A stretch of 64,000 nucleotides of DNA from assembly GCA_012343875.1 (NCBI GenBank), contig GCA_012343875.1_3924.1. One strand, given 5' to 3'. Position 1 is the stretch's first letter; every line of letters begins with the position of its first letter. The notes under the pieces are model-generated. The model ran no database searches. It had not been told where the DNA came from and saw nothing but the letters and a program-made list of their open reading frames with translations. This document shows positions 16,725-26,800 of this stretch, piece after piece. The DNA is from a phage. Both the position numbers and the translations under genes were made by a program.

Positions 16725-17006
16725 TTATTTAGCCTTCTTATTGCGTTTACGGTTACGAGCTTTCTTGGCTGCTCGTTTAATAGCTGCTGCACCAGACGGA
16801 CGGTGGGCTTGTTTCTTACCACCTTTGCCACGGCCTACATAGATGTAAGGTTGCTGTTCAATTTGGCTTGTAAGAACTTGTGCAACTGCTGAAGCATCTA
16901 CACCAACCTGCTTTCCAGTCATAGAAATGATTGCTGCTGCTTTTGCCAGTGCCTTCAAGAAGCCAGCTTTCATATTACCTAAAATTCCCATTTTAGCCTC
17001 TCTCAT
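16725..17006 (-). CDS. small basic protein (Lys/Arg-rich C-terminus), possible DNA-binding
   Basis: C-terminus AAKKARNRKRNKKAK. Confidence 0.4.
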   Translation of the reverse strand: MREAKMGILGNMKAGFLKALAKAAAIISMTGKQVGVDASAVAQVLTSQIEQQPYIYVGRGKGGKKQAHRPSGAAAIKRAAKKARNRKRNKKAK

Positions 17007-17086
17007 TAAAGTTTAATACAGAACTTATGAAGTTCTTCTTCAGTGATACCAATTGGAGTTATACCTTAGTCCATTTGCCAGAATAA

Positions 17087-17572
17087 TCACTCTGCTCTCC
17101 ACTGACAATCACCTTGCCATCCGTACTCTTTTCTCCAGAGGTTTTGGTTATCTGAACCACGATACGGTTTAACTGTTGGTTTAGATGAATCATACTTACC
17201 ATCAATCACCACGTCAACATATTTCATCACATCTAAGTGGATTTTTTCGTGCAGTTGAAAACCTGTCCAAAGCCATATAGACTTTTCTGGATAAACAGTT
17301 TTAATACGCTTACATATGTTGGTAACCTCTTGAATATTTCTATCATCCAGAGGCTCTCCACCGAGTATTGACAACCCACTGATGGCATCATCATCCATTA
17401 ACTTAATGATACCGTAGAGGTTTGCATAAGTAAACTCTTTACCAGCATTAAACTTCCAAGACTCCCTGTTAAAGCAGCCTTCGCAGTGATGCTTACAACC
17501 AGCTACGAAGAGGCTTACACGAACCCCTTCACCATTAGCTGTGTCAAATGGCCTAATCTCCATGTAATTCAT
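17087..17572 (-). CDS. nrdG: anaerobic ribonucleotide reductase activating protein (radical SAM)
   Basis: Radical-SAM cluster motif CKHHCEGC (Cx3Cx2C); adjacent to nrdD. Confidence 0.8.
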   Translation of the reverse strand: MNYMEIRPFDTANGEGVRVSLFVAGCKHHCEGCFNRESWKFNAGKEFTYANLYGIIKLMDDDAISGLSILGGEPLDDRNIQEVTNICKRIKTVYPEKSIWLWTGFQLHEKIHLDVMKYVDVVIDGKYDSSKPTVKPYRGSDNQNLWRKEYGWQGDCQWRAE

Positions 17573-17630
17573 CTAGTTACCTCACCAATAAATATAAACG
17601 TTCTTTAACCTTTTCTTCGAATTGTTTTAC

Positions 17631-18026
17631 TCATTCAAACACCACCTGACAAGGAACCTGTTTAGTAATAAATTCTTCACAGTGCTCTTTAATGAAGTTT
17701 TGTAATGGTACACAATCTTGTGCGCAAGTCATTAGCATAATGTACTCTGGATTCATGATGTTTTCAAGACTGTAGAAGACAACATTATCAGATAGTTCGT
17801 GACCATCTTCTTCAGACCAAGTTCCAGTGACTACAGCTAATTTGTCAAGCAATTCATTAGGCAATGCTACACCATCTTCTACAGAATCACTTAGAACATT
17901 GTCGCCGATATACAATGTGAAGACCGTGTGGAATGTTGAGTATCTTACGTGATTCTTTTCACAAGAGCCACACTCTGAGGTATAATCTTTAATCCACTCT
18001 AACTGTTTTTGGCTCAACTTAATCAT
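17631..18026 (-). CDS. hypothetical protein (131 aa)
   Basis: Co-directional ORF between nrdD and nrdG. Confidence 0.4.
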   Translation of the reverse strand: MIKLSQKQLEWIKDYTSECGSCEKNHVRYSTFHTVFTLYIGDNVLSDSVEDGVALPNELLDKLAVVTGTWSEEDGHELSDNVVFYSLENIMNPEYIMLMTCAQDCVPLQNFIKEHCEEFITKQVPCQVVFE

Positions 18027-18223
18027 AATTTCACCTTAGTTGGTAATGCACTGAATGCTATGACTAACCCTAAAAATGGTTTGAAGCATGACCATAAATC
18101 CATCTGACCATGATATGAGAAACTCCATTGTGGGTCTGAAAAACCCCATACCATAACACTAACCCCAAAGAAGAAGGCTAGAATATGGAGTATGTATATC
18201 AACGCTTTTGATATCTTAAACAT
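18023..18223 (-). CDS. small membrane protein (66 aa)
   Basis: Hydrophobic segment ILHILAFFFGVSVMVWGF. Confidence 0.35.
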   Translation of the reverse strand: MFKISKALIYILHILAFFFGVSVMVWGFSDPQWSFSYHGQMDLWSCFKPFLGLVIAFSALPTKVKL

Positions 18224-18375
18224 TTTAACTTACCTTTCAATTCACAATAAGAGAGTCCTAAAAAGAACCCTAGTAAGACAGAACCTATGAACAACCCAAT
18301 AATACTCTCTGCCATATCTAACATCCAATAAAAAAGTGATGTAAGCCTATCAAGACCCACATCACCTTGTCAAGT

Positions 18376-20520
18376 TTACATAGAGACTCTATCACGAATC
18401 TCAGCGATTTTTGCATCGTTCATTCGGGATTCACCTTTAATCTTAGTCCATCCAAGATACCCACACACCCTGTTAATCACAGAGATATCATGTGAATGGC
18501 AAACCTCGCATTCTTCAACATCAGCCTTTGGTCTGTTACCACAATGTTCACAGATTGCTAAGTCAAAGTTAAGCCCCTGATAGAAACCTTTCAACATCCC
18601 TCTTGTGATACAACTTTTAAGTGCTGTTAAGTTTTCTGGGTTAGCTACCCTGACATACTGGATTCTCCCACCTCTACAGATATGGAAGAATGGCTCTTCT
18701 AAGTCCTGCTTCTCAAATGGTGAGATGTCTGCTGCAACATTCATATGGAAACTGTTTGTAAAGTATTCCTTATCAGAAACACCTTTGATAACGCCAAACA
18801 TATCTCTGAACTGTTTTAGCTGAGTTCCGCAAAGTGATTCTGCTGGAGTACCATAGACGGCATATAAGAAGCCATCTTCATTTTTAAACTCTTCAGTTTT
18901 CATGTTGATGTATGCCAGAACATCGTATGCAAAACTACAGCTTCCAACTTCATGAAGTCGTTTACCTTCAGCAAGAACAGATAGCTCATCAAGCGCAGTA
19001 ACCCCAAAAGAAGCTGTGAAGGACTTCACAATATCCCAACCAACCTTGTCAGTAGGTTTCTTAGTTCCTTTGTACAGACCACCTTGTGTGAATGCAAGAG
19101 GGTTAGAACTTGCTGGCATATTAGCAATCATTTCGTAGCGTTTCTTGTGGAAGCTGCGAATCATCTCTAGGTACTTATCAAGCTCTTTCCAGAAATCTAA
19201 ACCACTCTCTTTAGAATACTGGTAAATCATCGGTAAGTTCAAAGATACAGCACCAATGTTAGCACGACCAACATAGAACTCTTCCCCATCCTCATTAAGA
19301 TATGGAGATAAGAAGGCTCTGCAACCCATCGGTGAAATTACCTTGCCAGAACGCTCAAAAGCCTCTGCTACAGCACCATGACCAGATACACTTAAGAAGT
19401 CTGGATACATTGCTTTAGAGCAACACTCAATAGCTTTACTGTACAGGTGACCTTGACAGATATTTTCATCATGTCTCTTCTGGTCATAAATATAAACCAG
19501 TTTAGGAAATACAACAGGCTTCTTGCTCTTACCTTGTCCATTCATACGAACATCTAGGAGAGTACTTGCAATCATGTATTGTAATCGGTTGTCTTCATTA
19601 GACATGTCTGAGTCAAGTAACCCAAATGTTAAAGTTGTGAATGCAAAATCCCCACGACTACAAGGTACAGTGTTTAGTTTCATTTCAAGTGACTGGAAAC
19701 CTTGAGTTAATTCAATCTGTAACTGCTCCATGACATAATTATGGTAATGTTCTTTAGGAATACCATAAGATGTTGCTTTCTCAGCATGATAGCGTAGAGA
19801 CTTCTTAGCATACGGTACAAGTACCTTGTCAATCTCTGCTAAAGTAAAGCCACCAAATTGCTGTGCAGTTGCTGAAAGAACTACGTCACCAATAACTTGT
19901 AAGGCCGACAGCACAGACTTCGGTTCACAATATTCGATGCCAGACATTTCAAAGCCACCCTTCAGCACTTTACCAATGTCAAACAGGCAACAGTTGATAC
20001 CACCAAAAATCAGGTCTCTTAAGTCATGGATGTAGATAAACCCTTTTTCAATGGCTTCAAGTTCCTCTGGTGTTAAATGGTACTGTTTAAAGATTTCTTT
20101 AGTCAGGTAACCACGAATAATTGAACCTTTTGTAGAAATTAAACTGCTGTCAAAGTTAGCATTTTCACGGTCACCTAAGAAGAGTGTATCTTTAGTCTTC
20201 TGGTAGAGTTCGTCCCAATTTTGAGCAACCTCTTTACGGTAATTTCTGTATGTTGAGTAAGACTCATAAATCTCGTGATTGACCTCTGCCAAAGCACCTT
20301 CAACAATACTGTGAATATCATTTACCGAGATAAGCAAATTATTCTGCTTAGTGGACTTTACCAAAATCCTCATGAATGCTGACTCAAGAGCTTGGGTAAC
20401 ATCTGGTGGCAGTTCTTTATATCCAACCCTGTTAGCTGACTTTGTTACTGCCGCTAAAACTTTTTTGATATCAGGTTCTTCAAGTGAGCCATTCTTTTTA
20501 ATAATCTGTACTTTGTTCAT
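18376..20520 (-). CDS. nrdD: anaerobic ribonucleoside-triphosphate reductase (class III)
   Basis: C-terminal glycine-radical motif RVCGYLG and Zn-ribbon CEHCGN..CEVCHS; 714 aa. Confidence 0.9.
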   Translation of the reverse strand: MNKVQIIKKNGSLEEPDIKKVLAAVTKSANRVGYKELPPDVTQALESAFMRILVKSTKQNNLLISVNDIHSIVEGALAEVNHEIYESYSTYRNYRKEVAQNWDELYQKTKDTLFLGDRENANFDSSLISTKGSIIRGYLTKEIFKQYHLTPEELEAIEKGFIYIHDLRDLIFGGINCCLFDIGKVLKGGFEMSGIEYCEPKSVLSALQVIGDVVLSATAQQFGGFTLAEIDKVLVPYAKKSLRYHAEKATSYGIPKEHYHNYVMEQLQIELTQGFQSLEMKLNTVPCSRGDFAFTTLTFGLLDSDMSNEDNRLQYMIASTLLDVRMNGQGKSKKPVVFPKLVYIYDQKRHDENICQGHLYSKAIECCSKAMYPDFLSVSGHGAVAEAFERSGKVISPMGCRAFLSPYLNEDGEEFYVGRANIGAVSLNLPMIYQYSKESGLDFWKELDKYLEMIRSFHKKRYEMIANMPASSNPLAFTQGGLYKGTKKPTDKVGWDIVKSFTASFGVTALDELSVLAEGKRLHEVGSCSFAYDVLAYINMKTEEFKNEDGFLYAVYGTPAESLCGTQLKQFRDMFGVIKGVSDKEYFTNSFHMNVAADISPFEKQDLEEPFFHICRGGRIQYVRVANPENLTALKSCITRGMLKGFYQGLNFDLAICEHCGNRPKADVEECEVCHSHDISVINRVCGYLGWTKIKGESRMNDAKIAEIRDRVSM

Positions 20521-20537
20521 TATTGCCCCTTTACATG

Positions 20538-20560
20538 CTAAAAAGGTCTCCGAAGAGACC
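20538..20560 (-). terminator. terminator-like hairpin GGTCTC-UUCG-GAGACC + U-tract
   Basis: Minus strand: GGTCTCTTCGGAGACC TTTTTAG, just upstream of the nrdD start. Confidence 0.5.
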
Positions 20561-20568
20561 CTTTCATT

Positions 20569-20775
20569 TTAAATCTTTTTAGAAAACTTAGAAACGAGTT
20601 TTCTTAGTTTTTCAGTGATACCTAGCTGTATCTCTAATATTTCAAAGATAACCCATAATAGCATGGCTCCAAACAATGAACCTTGTTCAAAATCAGTAAA
20701 TAGGTTAACAACAAGCATACCAATCACAATGGCTGGTGCATCAACAACCAAACCTTCCCAAAGGCGTTTAAGCAT
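20569..20775 (-). CDS. small membrane protein (68 aa)
   Basis: Two hydrophobic segments. Confidence 0.35.
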   Translation of the reverse strand: MLKRLWEGLVVDAPAIVIGMLVVNLFTDFEQGSLFGAMLLWVIFEILEIQLGITEKLRKLVSKFSKKI

Positions 20776-21010
20776 TATTCACCTCTGCCATAAAATTCTG
20801 TAGCGTCCCAACAGGTTTTAGATTTTGACCATCAGTCTTCATGATGAATGGCATCTGACGAACTGGCATCTGTGCAATATCCATCAGGTCTGGCAGTTCA
20901 TAATCCTGCCCTAACATTCTCACAACATGGTCAATACCACGAGCTTTTGCAAAATTCTTTGCAGTCTCACACTGAGGGCATCCAGTTTTGGAGTAAATTA
21001 CATAAGTCAT
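20768..21010 (-). CDS. nrdH: glutaredoxin-like protein (NrdH/Grx family)
   Basis: Redox motif CPQC near the N-terminus; located between nrdB and nrdD. Confidence 0.7.
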   Translation of the reverse strand: MTYVIYSKTGCPQCETAKNFAKARGIDHVVRMLGQDYELPDLMDIAQMPVRQMPFIMKTDGQNLKPVGTLQNFMAEVNNA

Positions 21011-22143
21011 TAAGGAACCTCTAAAAATCCACTATTCAAATCATCTACAACAGTATTCAATAAGTACGCACCGTTCTGTTGCTCCTGATTAGCATTCTGC
21101 TCTTTATCAATTTCCATCTTCTTAATCATATACTTCAAAGGTGGTTCTTTAGGAGCTACAAAATCTCTAGGAATGCCAAACATATCATACAGTGGGGCAG
21201 CATTATAGTAAACCCACTCATGGAGAAGCTTTGTATTTAAACCAACTACAGCACGTCCTTCGGAGAAGATATAATACGACCATTTTTCTTCGCTTTCAAC
21301 TACTTCATCTAAGATTACTTTAATCTCTGGAAGAATTTGTTGGAAAGCTTTTTGCCACTCATCGTCTCTTAAAGTTTCTTTTAAAACTTCAATATCAATT
21401 TTAGTGTGAAGGATTTCATCAAGCATAATTTTCTGAACAGCTTGAGCAATACCCTGAAATTTATCTTGAGCATCAAGTGCAAAAGTACATGCAAAGGATG
21501 CCATAAAAGATATACCTTCAAGTGCAGTCACTGCAAATAGACCTTTCAGAATCACTTTATGGAAGTGTAAAGGGTCTTTGTCCAGAAGTGAATCACGGAC
21601 ATAACTCAGTCGGTAGTTTATCCCTTCATCCAGTAATTCTTCAAGAACACGATTCACAGTTTTTAATCGGTCTTGCACAGCAACATTCTGGTTAATCTCA
21701 TCTAAGATTGTTTCAGGGTTTTTAATACATTGCCTTACAATCTCTGAGTAAGTAAGAGCATGTAGGTTTTCAATCTCAGACTGCTTCATAATTGCAGTTG
21801 CATAGATGTCATCAGAGATAAAGGGTGCAAAGGCAAATGCCAAGCTCTTAGCAACTTGAGTGTCTGCTTCCCACTGCCACTTAAGAATCTCAAGCATTAC
21901 ACCTGACATTGATGCTGGAACACTCTCAAAATCAAGACGTGATTGTTCAAAAGGGAACTCATCTTCTGACCAGTCTTGTGCTTTTTGTTGTTTATAAAGT
22001 TCAAAGATTTTTGGGTAGTGCTTATTAAGTGAGTCAAAAGTTTTTCTCTCACCACCTAAAAAGATTGGGTGCTGGTTAATCATAGCGTGATTTCTCCTTT
22101 CTTTATCATTTCTAAGGCTTGTTTTCTGTCTAAAACTTCCCAA
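21010..22143 (-). CDS. nrdB: ribonucleotide reductase class I small subunit (beta)
   Basis: 377 aa directly downstream of nrdA; Glu/His-rich helical ferritin-like segments. Confidence 0.75.
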   Translation of the reverse strand: MGSFRQKTSLRNDKERRNHAMINQHPIFLGGERKTFDSLNKHYPKIFELYKQQKAQDWSEDEFPFEQSRLDFESVPASMSGVMLEILKWQWEADTQVAKSLAFAFAPFISDDIYATAIMKQSEIENLHALTYSEIVRQCIKNPETILDEINQNVAVQDRLKTVNRVLEELLDEGINYRLSYVRDSLLDKDPLHFHKVILKGLFAVTALEGISFMASFACTFALDAQDKFQGIAQAVQKIMLDEILHTKIDIEVLKETLRDDEWQKAFQQILPEIKVILDEVVESEEKWSYYIFSEGRAVVGLNTKLLHEWVYYNAAPLYDMFGIPRDFVAPKEPPLKYMIKKMEIDKEQNANQEQQNGAYLLNTVVDDLNSGFLEVP

Positions 22144-22421
22144 TTTTCTTTGTTAAACATCTCATAAGGTCTTGCGTAGATTTTACCATCTGCTGTAGAG
22201 ATGTAAGAGATACCAGCAACCCATGAGTCATCATTTTGTTTTATCATCATGTCTGTACTACTCACATAGTACATCGTTTTCCGAGGCTTGTGGAGCAAGT
22301 ATATAGGTCGCTCATGTTTTTCTATTAAATCTTTCATGGTCTCTCCAAAGTTATTTTTAGAGGGTCTTTTACGACCCTCATAGTTGTTAAAACTAAACAC
22401 CACAACCCTCGCAATAAGCAT
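22080..22421 (-). CDS. hypothetical small protein between nrdA and nrdB
   Basis: ORF overlaps the nrdB start in another frame; true start may be the internal Met near 22337. Confidence 0.35.
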   Translation of the reverse strand: MLIARVVVFSFNNYEGRKRPSKNNFGETMKDLIEKHERPIYLLHKPRKTMYYVSSTDMMIKQNDDSWVAGISYISTADGKIYARPYEMFNKENWEVLDRKQALEMIKKGEITL

Positions 22422-24627
22422 CTTGCAGTGCAGATTTACCTACACCAATGCGACTGTTAAGGTAGTACATGGTTTTCATACCTACTGAGTTAGCATAAAT
22501 CATGTACTTCAGAGCTTGAGCCAATGATACCTTCTTAGACTTTGCATAGTCAACATAGAAGTCTGAAGAGATAGCTTGACCAGTGAACTTTTGAACAATT
22601 GCATAACAATCAATCATATCAAAGGTGTCAATATCCCAAGCAATTTCATAAACATACTTCAACTCTTCATAATCTGGAACAATAAACAGTACGTTACCAG
22701 TTGCAGACTTTTTAGTTAAAATAAAGTCACGAATTGGGTACAAGCCGTTTGTCGTATTAGTTGCTAGTGAAGAACTCTCATTAGGCATGTAAGCTTCTAA
22801 TACAGAGTTTCGGATTCCACCATTTTCTTTGATACGTTGTGCTAAGTCATCCCAATCATATCGTAGTTTTGCATCATGCTTTTCATCAATCTTCTTGTTA
22901 GCTGTCTTTGGAGGAACCCAGCCTTCAGGATACTTAGTGAACTTCATGTACTCTGGAACGCCACGCTCTTTAGCAAGTCTCAGAGAGGCTTCATGCAGAT
23001 AGTAAGAGTGCATCTCTGCCAGTTCATGAAGTTTCGTTTTACCTGCTCGTGAAGAGTAGTTCACGTAGTTCTTCGCAAGGTAATGAGCCACATTTGTAAG
23101 ACCAATCCCAACAGAACGACGCTTCTGAACATGGTTACGCATTGACGGATACGGATAATCCATAAGGTCAATAACGGAGTCAACCATTGCAAGAGCATAA
23201 TAAGCAACGTCAGCGTATTCATCTTCTGAAATTCTCCCTGCAACCAAACTAGCTAGGAAGCAAAGAGCCACCTCACCATCCTCTTTCACAGCATCGTCTC
23301 TGTAAAGGTCTGTCTCTTTCTCAAAACCATACACTGGCAACACAATTTCCATACAAAGATTTGACATCTTCAATGGTTCTTTAAATGGTGTATGTGTGTT
23401 TGCATTGTTAGTGAAGAATGGATACACACGACCTGTAGCATAACGCTGTTGGATAAACAGCTTAGCAATTTCACGAGCCTTGACTCGTCTGTGCTTAACT
23501 CCTGAATGTACTGCATGACCAACTGCCATAGCAAACTCATCAGCAGATGCTGTGTAGAACATGTCATAGAGTTTTGGTGCATCTTTGTAAGAGAATAGCA
23601 ACCAATCTGTATCATACTGAACACACTGCCAGAAATAATCGTTTGTGCCGAATGAGTAGTCCATCTCATTAATACGTTTAGAAGGAACCGTTGTAGGGTG
23701 CTTCAAACGCAGTAAATCTTCAATCTGCGGGTCTAGAGCAGTGTAGAAGTTATTAGCTGAACCACCACGACTCTTCTGTTTATTTGCCTCTACAGATGAA
23801 CGTACAAGCTTGTAATAAGGTAGCTTACCCATGTGCTCAATAGTATTTTGACGGATACCATCACCAATAGTGCGAGTCTCCATCAGCATCCCAATACCAG
23901 CTTGCTTTGTAGTCATATCATAAGCAACCTTTGCAGCAATACCAAGTGATTCAGCAGTATCATTTGCCTTAATCAAACAGCATGACGCATAGCCTGATTT
24001 AGTTGCTCTTAAACCGTTTAAATAAGGCGTAGGAGCGTTAATCTTCAGGTCAGATAGGTAAGTGTACAGCTTGATAACATCTTGCAGTCTACGGTGCTTT
24101 GGTTGCTTCTCAAAGGCTTTCATAGCCATACCCATAAACATAAATTGTGGTGACTCAAAAAGTCTTCCAGTCTTAATATCACGGATACCATACTTGTCTC
24201 TGAACTGTTTCAATACTGCATAGCCGTAAGAGATATCTTTTGAGTGTACGATGTAACCTTGCAGATATTCAAGCTCTTCCTGTGAATAATCCATCTTCTC
24301 CCAAAGTCCTGCTCTCTCCATATTTTTAACGAAGGTAACCAGCGTAGGAACCTTAGTAAAGCCTCCAAAGGCTTCTTTGTAGATAATCCCCAGAAGTAGC
24401 CGTCCAGCCATATCTGAGTACTCTTGAGTTTGTTTATCAACACAAACATCAATCATGGCTTGGTGCATCTCTTTTGTAGTGCAACCCTCATAGACACGCT
24501 TCATGGCTTCCATAGTGACTTCTGACCAGATAATTCCACGCTTATCTGCCCATGATGCCCACTTATTCAGTCTTTCTGGGTCAAAGCTTACTACTGTACC
24601 GTTTGATTTTTTAATTGTCTTAATCAT
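22393..24627 (-). CDS. nrdA: ribonucleotide reductase class I large subunit (alpha)
   Basis: N-terminal ATP-cone-like region; 744 aa; flanked by nrdB. Confidence 0.9.
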   Translation of the reverse strand: MIKTIKKSNGTVVSFDPERLNKWASWADKRGIIWSEVTMEAMKRVYEGCTTKEMHQAMIDVCVDKQTQEYSDMAGRLLLGIIYKEAFGGFTKVPTLVTFVKNMERAGLWEKMDYSQEELEYLQGYIVHSKDISYGYAVLKQFRDKYGIRDIKTGRLFESPQFMFMGMAMKAFEKQPKHRRLQDVIKLYTYLSDLKINAPTPYLNGLRATKSGYASCCLIKANDTAESLGIAAKVAYDMTTKQAGIGMLMETRTIGDGIRQNTIEHMGKLPYYKLVRSSVEANKQKSRGGSANNFYTALDPQIEDLLRLKHPTTVPSKRINEMDYSFGTNDYFWQCVQYDTDWLLFSYKDAPKLYDMFYTASADEFAMAVGHAVHSGVKHRRVKAREIAKLFIQQRYATGRVYPFFTNNANTHTPFKEPLKMSNLCMEIVLPVYGFEKETDLYRDDAVKEDGEVALCFLASLVAGRISEDEYADVAYYALAMVDSVIDLMDYPYPSMRNHVQKRRSVGIGLTNVAHYLAKNYVNYSSRAGKTKLHELAEMHSYYLHEASLRLAKERGVPEYMKFTKYPEGWVPPKTANKKIDEKHDAKLRYDWDDLAQRIKENGGIRNSVLEAYMPNESSSLATNTTNGLYPIRDFILTKKSATGNVLFIVPDYEELKYVYEIAWDIDTFDMIDCYAIVQKFTGQAISSDFYVDYAKSKKVSLAQALKYMIYANSVGMKTMYYLNSRIGVGKSALQDAYCEGCGV

Positions 24628-24673
24628 TTTTGAATCCTACAGATGAGAAGAGCCTCCGAAGAGGCTCCCTAGT

Positions 24674-25006
24674 TTAAATCTTGAAAATTTGCTCATTCTG
24701 CCACATATCGTAAAACTTATCACTTACCTTTGTGACTGACGAAGTGTGCATACAATTGACGAACCATGATATATTGCTATTCATAATTATTTCAAGCTGT
24801 TTTGTGACATCCACATTCATGTCTTCAACAACGTAATTACCTCGCATCTTGCAAACAACTCTTCCAAACAAGATTGCACTTCTGCCTCTTCGGTCGTCAC
24901 AGTACATAACTGTGTCTCCGTGCTTAACATCTTGTCCGATACTATCAACACCTAATTTAGCACCTGAGATAATGTCATCATAAGATAACTTTTTTGCTTT
25001 AGACAC
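24674..25006 (-). CDS. hypothetical protein (110 aa)
   Basis: Co-directional ORF. Confidence 0.4.
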   Translation of the reverse strand: MSKAKKLSYDDIISGAKLGVDSIGQDVKHGDTVMYCDDRRGRSAILFGRVVCKMRGNYVVEDMNVDVTKQLEIIMNSNISWFVNCMHTSSVTKVSDKFYDMWQNEQIFKI

Positions 25007-25331
25007 GGTATTTCTCCAAGTTTCTTTTTAGATATAACCAACCATAGTCAGTTCTTTCTACACCCATGAAGAGTGGAGCCATTACAACTTTACCAAAAGT
25101 ATTCCTGTGTTGACAGATTTCAAAAGAATACTCTTTCTCAATATCAATCCCGTATTTGTACAGGACTGCTTTTAAAACTTGTTCATTATCCAGAAGTGTA
25201 TCTGGAGTCTCACCATACTTCTCAAGTAACGGGTCATTCATAAACACCGTCATAGAAATATTGTAGTTTGAGAAGTGGCTCTTCTGAGCCACACCTTCTT
25301 TATTAATGTTCTGTGAATCCATTATAACCAA
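24999..25331 (-). CDS. hypothetical protein (110 aa)
   Basis: Co-directional ORF. Confidence 0.4.
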   Translation of the reverse strand: MVIMDSQNINKEGVAQKSHFSNYNISMTVFMNDPLLEKYGETPDTLLDNEQVLKAVLYKYGIDIEKEYSFEICQHRNTFGKVVMAPLFMGVERTDYGWLYLKRNLEKYRV

Positions 25332-26058
25332 CCCCTTTTAACCAGCACTTCAGGTTATTAGCATCATAATTCAGTTTCGGGTATGAGGTTACATGGAACT
25401 GCTCACCATCATAGTAGACAATATCTGCAATCCATAGTCCATTCTCTTTACAGAAATCTTTATCTGCTTTAGAGGTAATTGGATTAACTTCTACAAAACC
25501 ATCTACACCCAAATCCTTTAAGCTACATACAATACCTTTGCAGATAACGCATGTGTCAGATACTACCACAAAAAGTTCTTGGCTTTCAAGTTCTACAATG
25601 TATTCACCAAGCTGAACTTTAGGGAGATTAGATTGCTTCATAATCTTCCCATCGGCTGCACGAACAATTGCATACCATTCTTTACCATCAACTACTGACA
25701 TTCTGATGATACACTCTTGACCAGTACGCTTCTCAATATCTGCAAGACGTTTTAAAGCTTCTTCATAGTCGTCTGTGTACTTCAGGTCATTATTATGGCA
25801 AACAGCTTCCATAGCACCATTATGGTCATGTTGTGACAGGTAAATCAAACCATCAAGAACATATTGCAAATCTGCCTGAGCATCCAGTGTCTCAATGGGG
25901 TCTTTCTCTTCAATTGCTTTTACAAGCTCTTTTGCTTCCTCAAGCATACACAGAGATTGAGATTTCAAAGATTCCCAATACTCATTGCTGTAAGGTTGCT
26001 TTTGGGTGTTTCCACAACGAAGATTCCAGTTTTTTACTGATTCTCTTGAGTTAAACAT
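25303..26058 (-). CDS. hypothetical protein (251 aa), weak MazG-like helical N-terminus
   Basis: EEAKELVKAIEEKD..DAQADLQYVLDGL loosely resembles the EExxE..D pattern of MazG/HisE-type pyrophosphohydrolases. Confidence 0.3.
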   Translation of the reverse strand: MFNSRESVKNWNLRCGNTQKQPYSNEYWESLKSQSLCMLEEAKELVKAIEEKDPIETLDAQADLQYVLDGLIYLSQHDHNGAMEAVCHNNDLKYTDDYEEALKRLADIEKRTGQECIIRMSVVDGKEWYAIVRAADGKIMKQSNLPKVQLGEYIVELESQELFVVVSDTCVICKGIVCSLKDLGVDGFVEVNPITSKADKDFCKENGLWIADIVYYDGEQFHVTSYPKLNYDANNLKCWLKGVGYNGFTEH

Positions 26059-26296
26059 TCGGACTCCTTAAAAATCTGTTAACTTTTAGCTCTCGTGTTT
26101 CAATATATTCCAGATGCTCACGTAACTCTTGACGTTTAAGCATTAGGTGCTGCATTTGAGATTCAACAGCTTCAACTTCTTTAATTATTGACTCTCTGGC
26201 ATTTGCAAGAATGCGCTCAAGTTCTTCAATCTTGCTGTCAACCTTTGCTACATGACTCACAGCTTTACTTTTGTTAAACATTTTATTCTCTCTCAA
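26051..26296 (-). CDS. small coiled-coil protein (81 aa)
   Basis: Heptad-rich, charged sequence. Confidence 0.4.
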   Translation of the reverse strand: MRENKMFNKSKAVSHVAKVDSKIEELERILANARESIIKEVEAVESQMQHLMLKRQELREHLEYIETRELKVNRFLRSPNV

Positions 26297-26302
26297 TAGT
26301 TA

Positions 26303-26800
26303 TCAAGCACAATTCGCTTTCATTACCTTATGGATTCTTTTTTCAGCATCTTCATAAGTTTCTTTAGTAATAAACTTAATTGCTGCAATATTGGCATTGT
26401 AGAAGAGTCTGAGCTTAGAGTCAATCCTTTTTGTCATTACATCGAATTTATGTTGAAGGTTTGCTTCACCATAAACTAAACCACCTTTCGTGTAGTAGGT
26501 TTGGATAATGTAAAAGTCAAAAGATTCCTTTCCAAAGCTTTCAATATCTTTTTTAATATACTCAGAAGAAGTCTCGTAAGTCATCCAATCACTTTCCTTA
26601 GTGACTACCTTCTTCCGAGTCTTCCCAGCAACTTTTCTTTTGGTCACACTGTTAAGCTGTTTCTTTCCGATATAATATTGTCCAGTCTTCTTACAGTGTA
26701 CTAAATAGACAAAACCAAAATGTTTAGTGGGGTCAACTTCCCCACATAAAGATACCCAATGACCATAGGTGGGGCAATTGCCAAATCCTTTAATCTTCAT
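26303..26800 (-). CDS. GIY-YIG-like nuclease domain protein (165 aa)
   Basis: GFVYLVHCKKTGQYYIGKK fits the GIY-(x9-11)-YIG pattern. Confidence 0.4.
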   Translation of the reverse strand: MKIKGFGNCPTYGHWVSLCGEVDPTKHFGFVYLVHCKKTGQYYIGKKQLNSVTKRKVAGKTRKKVVTKESDWMTYETSSEYIKKDIESFGKESFDFYIIQTYYTKGGLVYGEANLQHKFDVMTKRIDSKLRLFYNANIAAIKFITKETYEDAEKRIHKVMKANCA

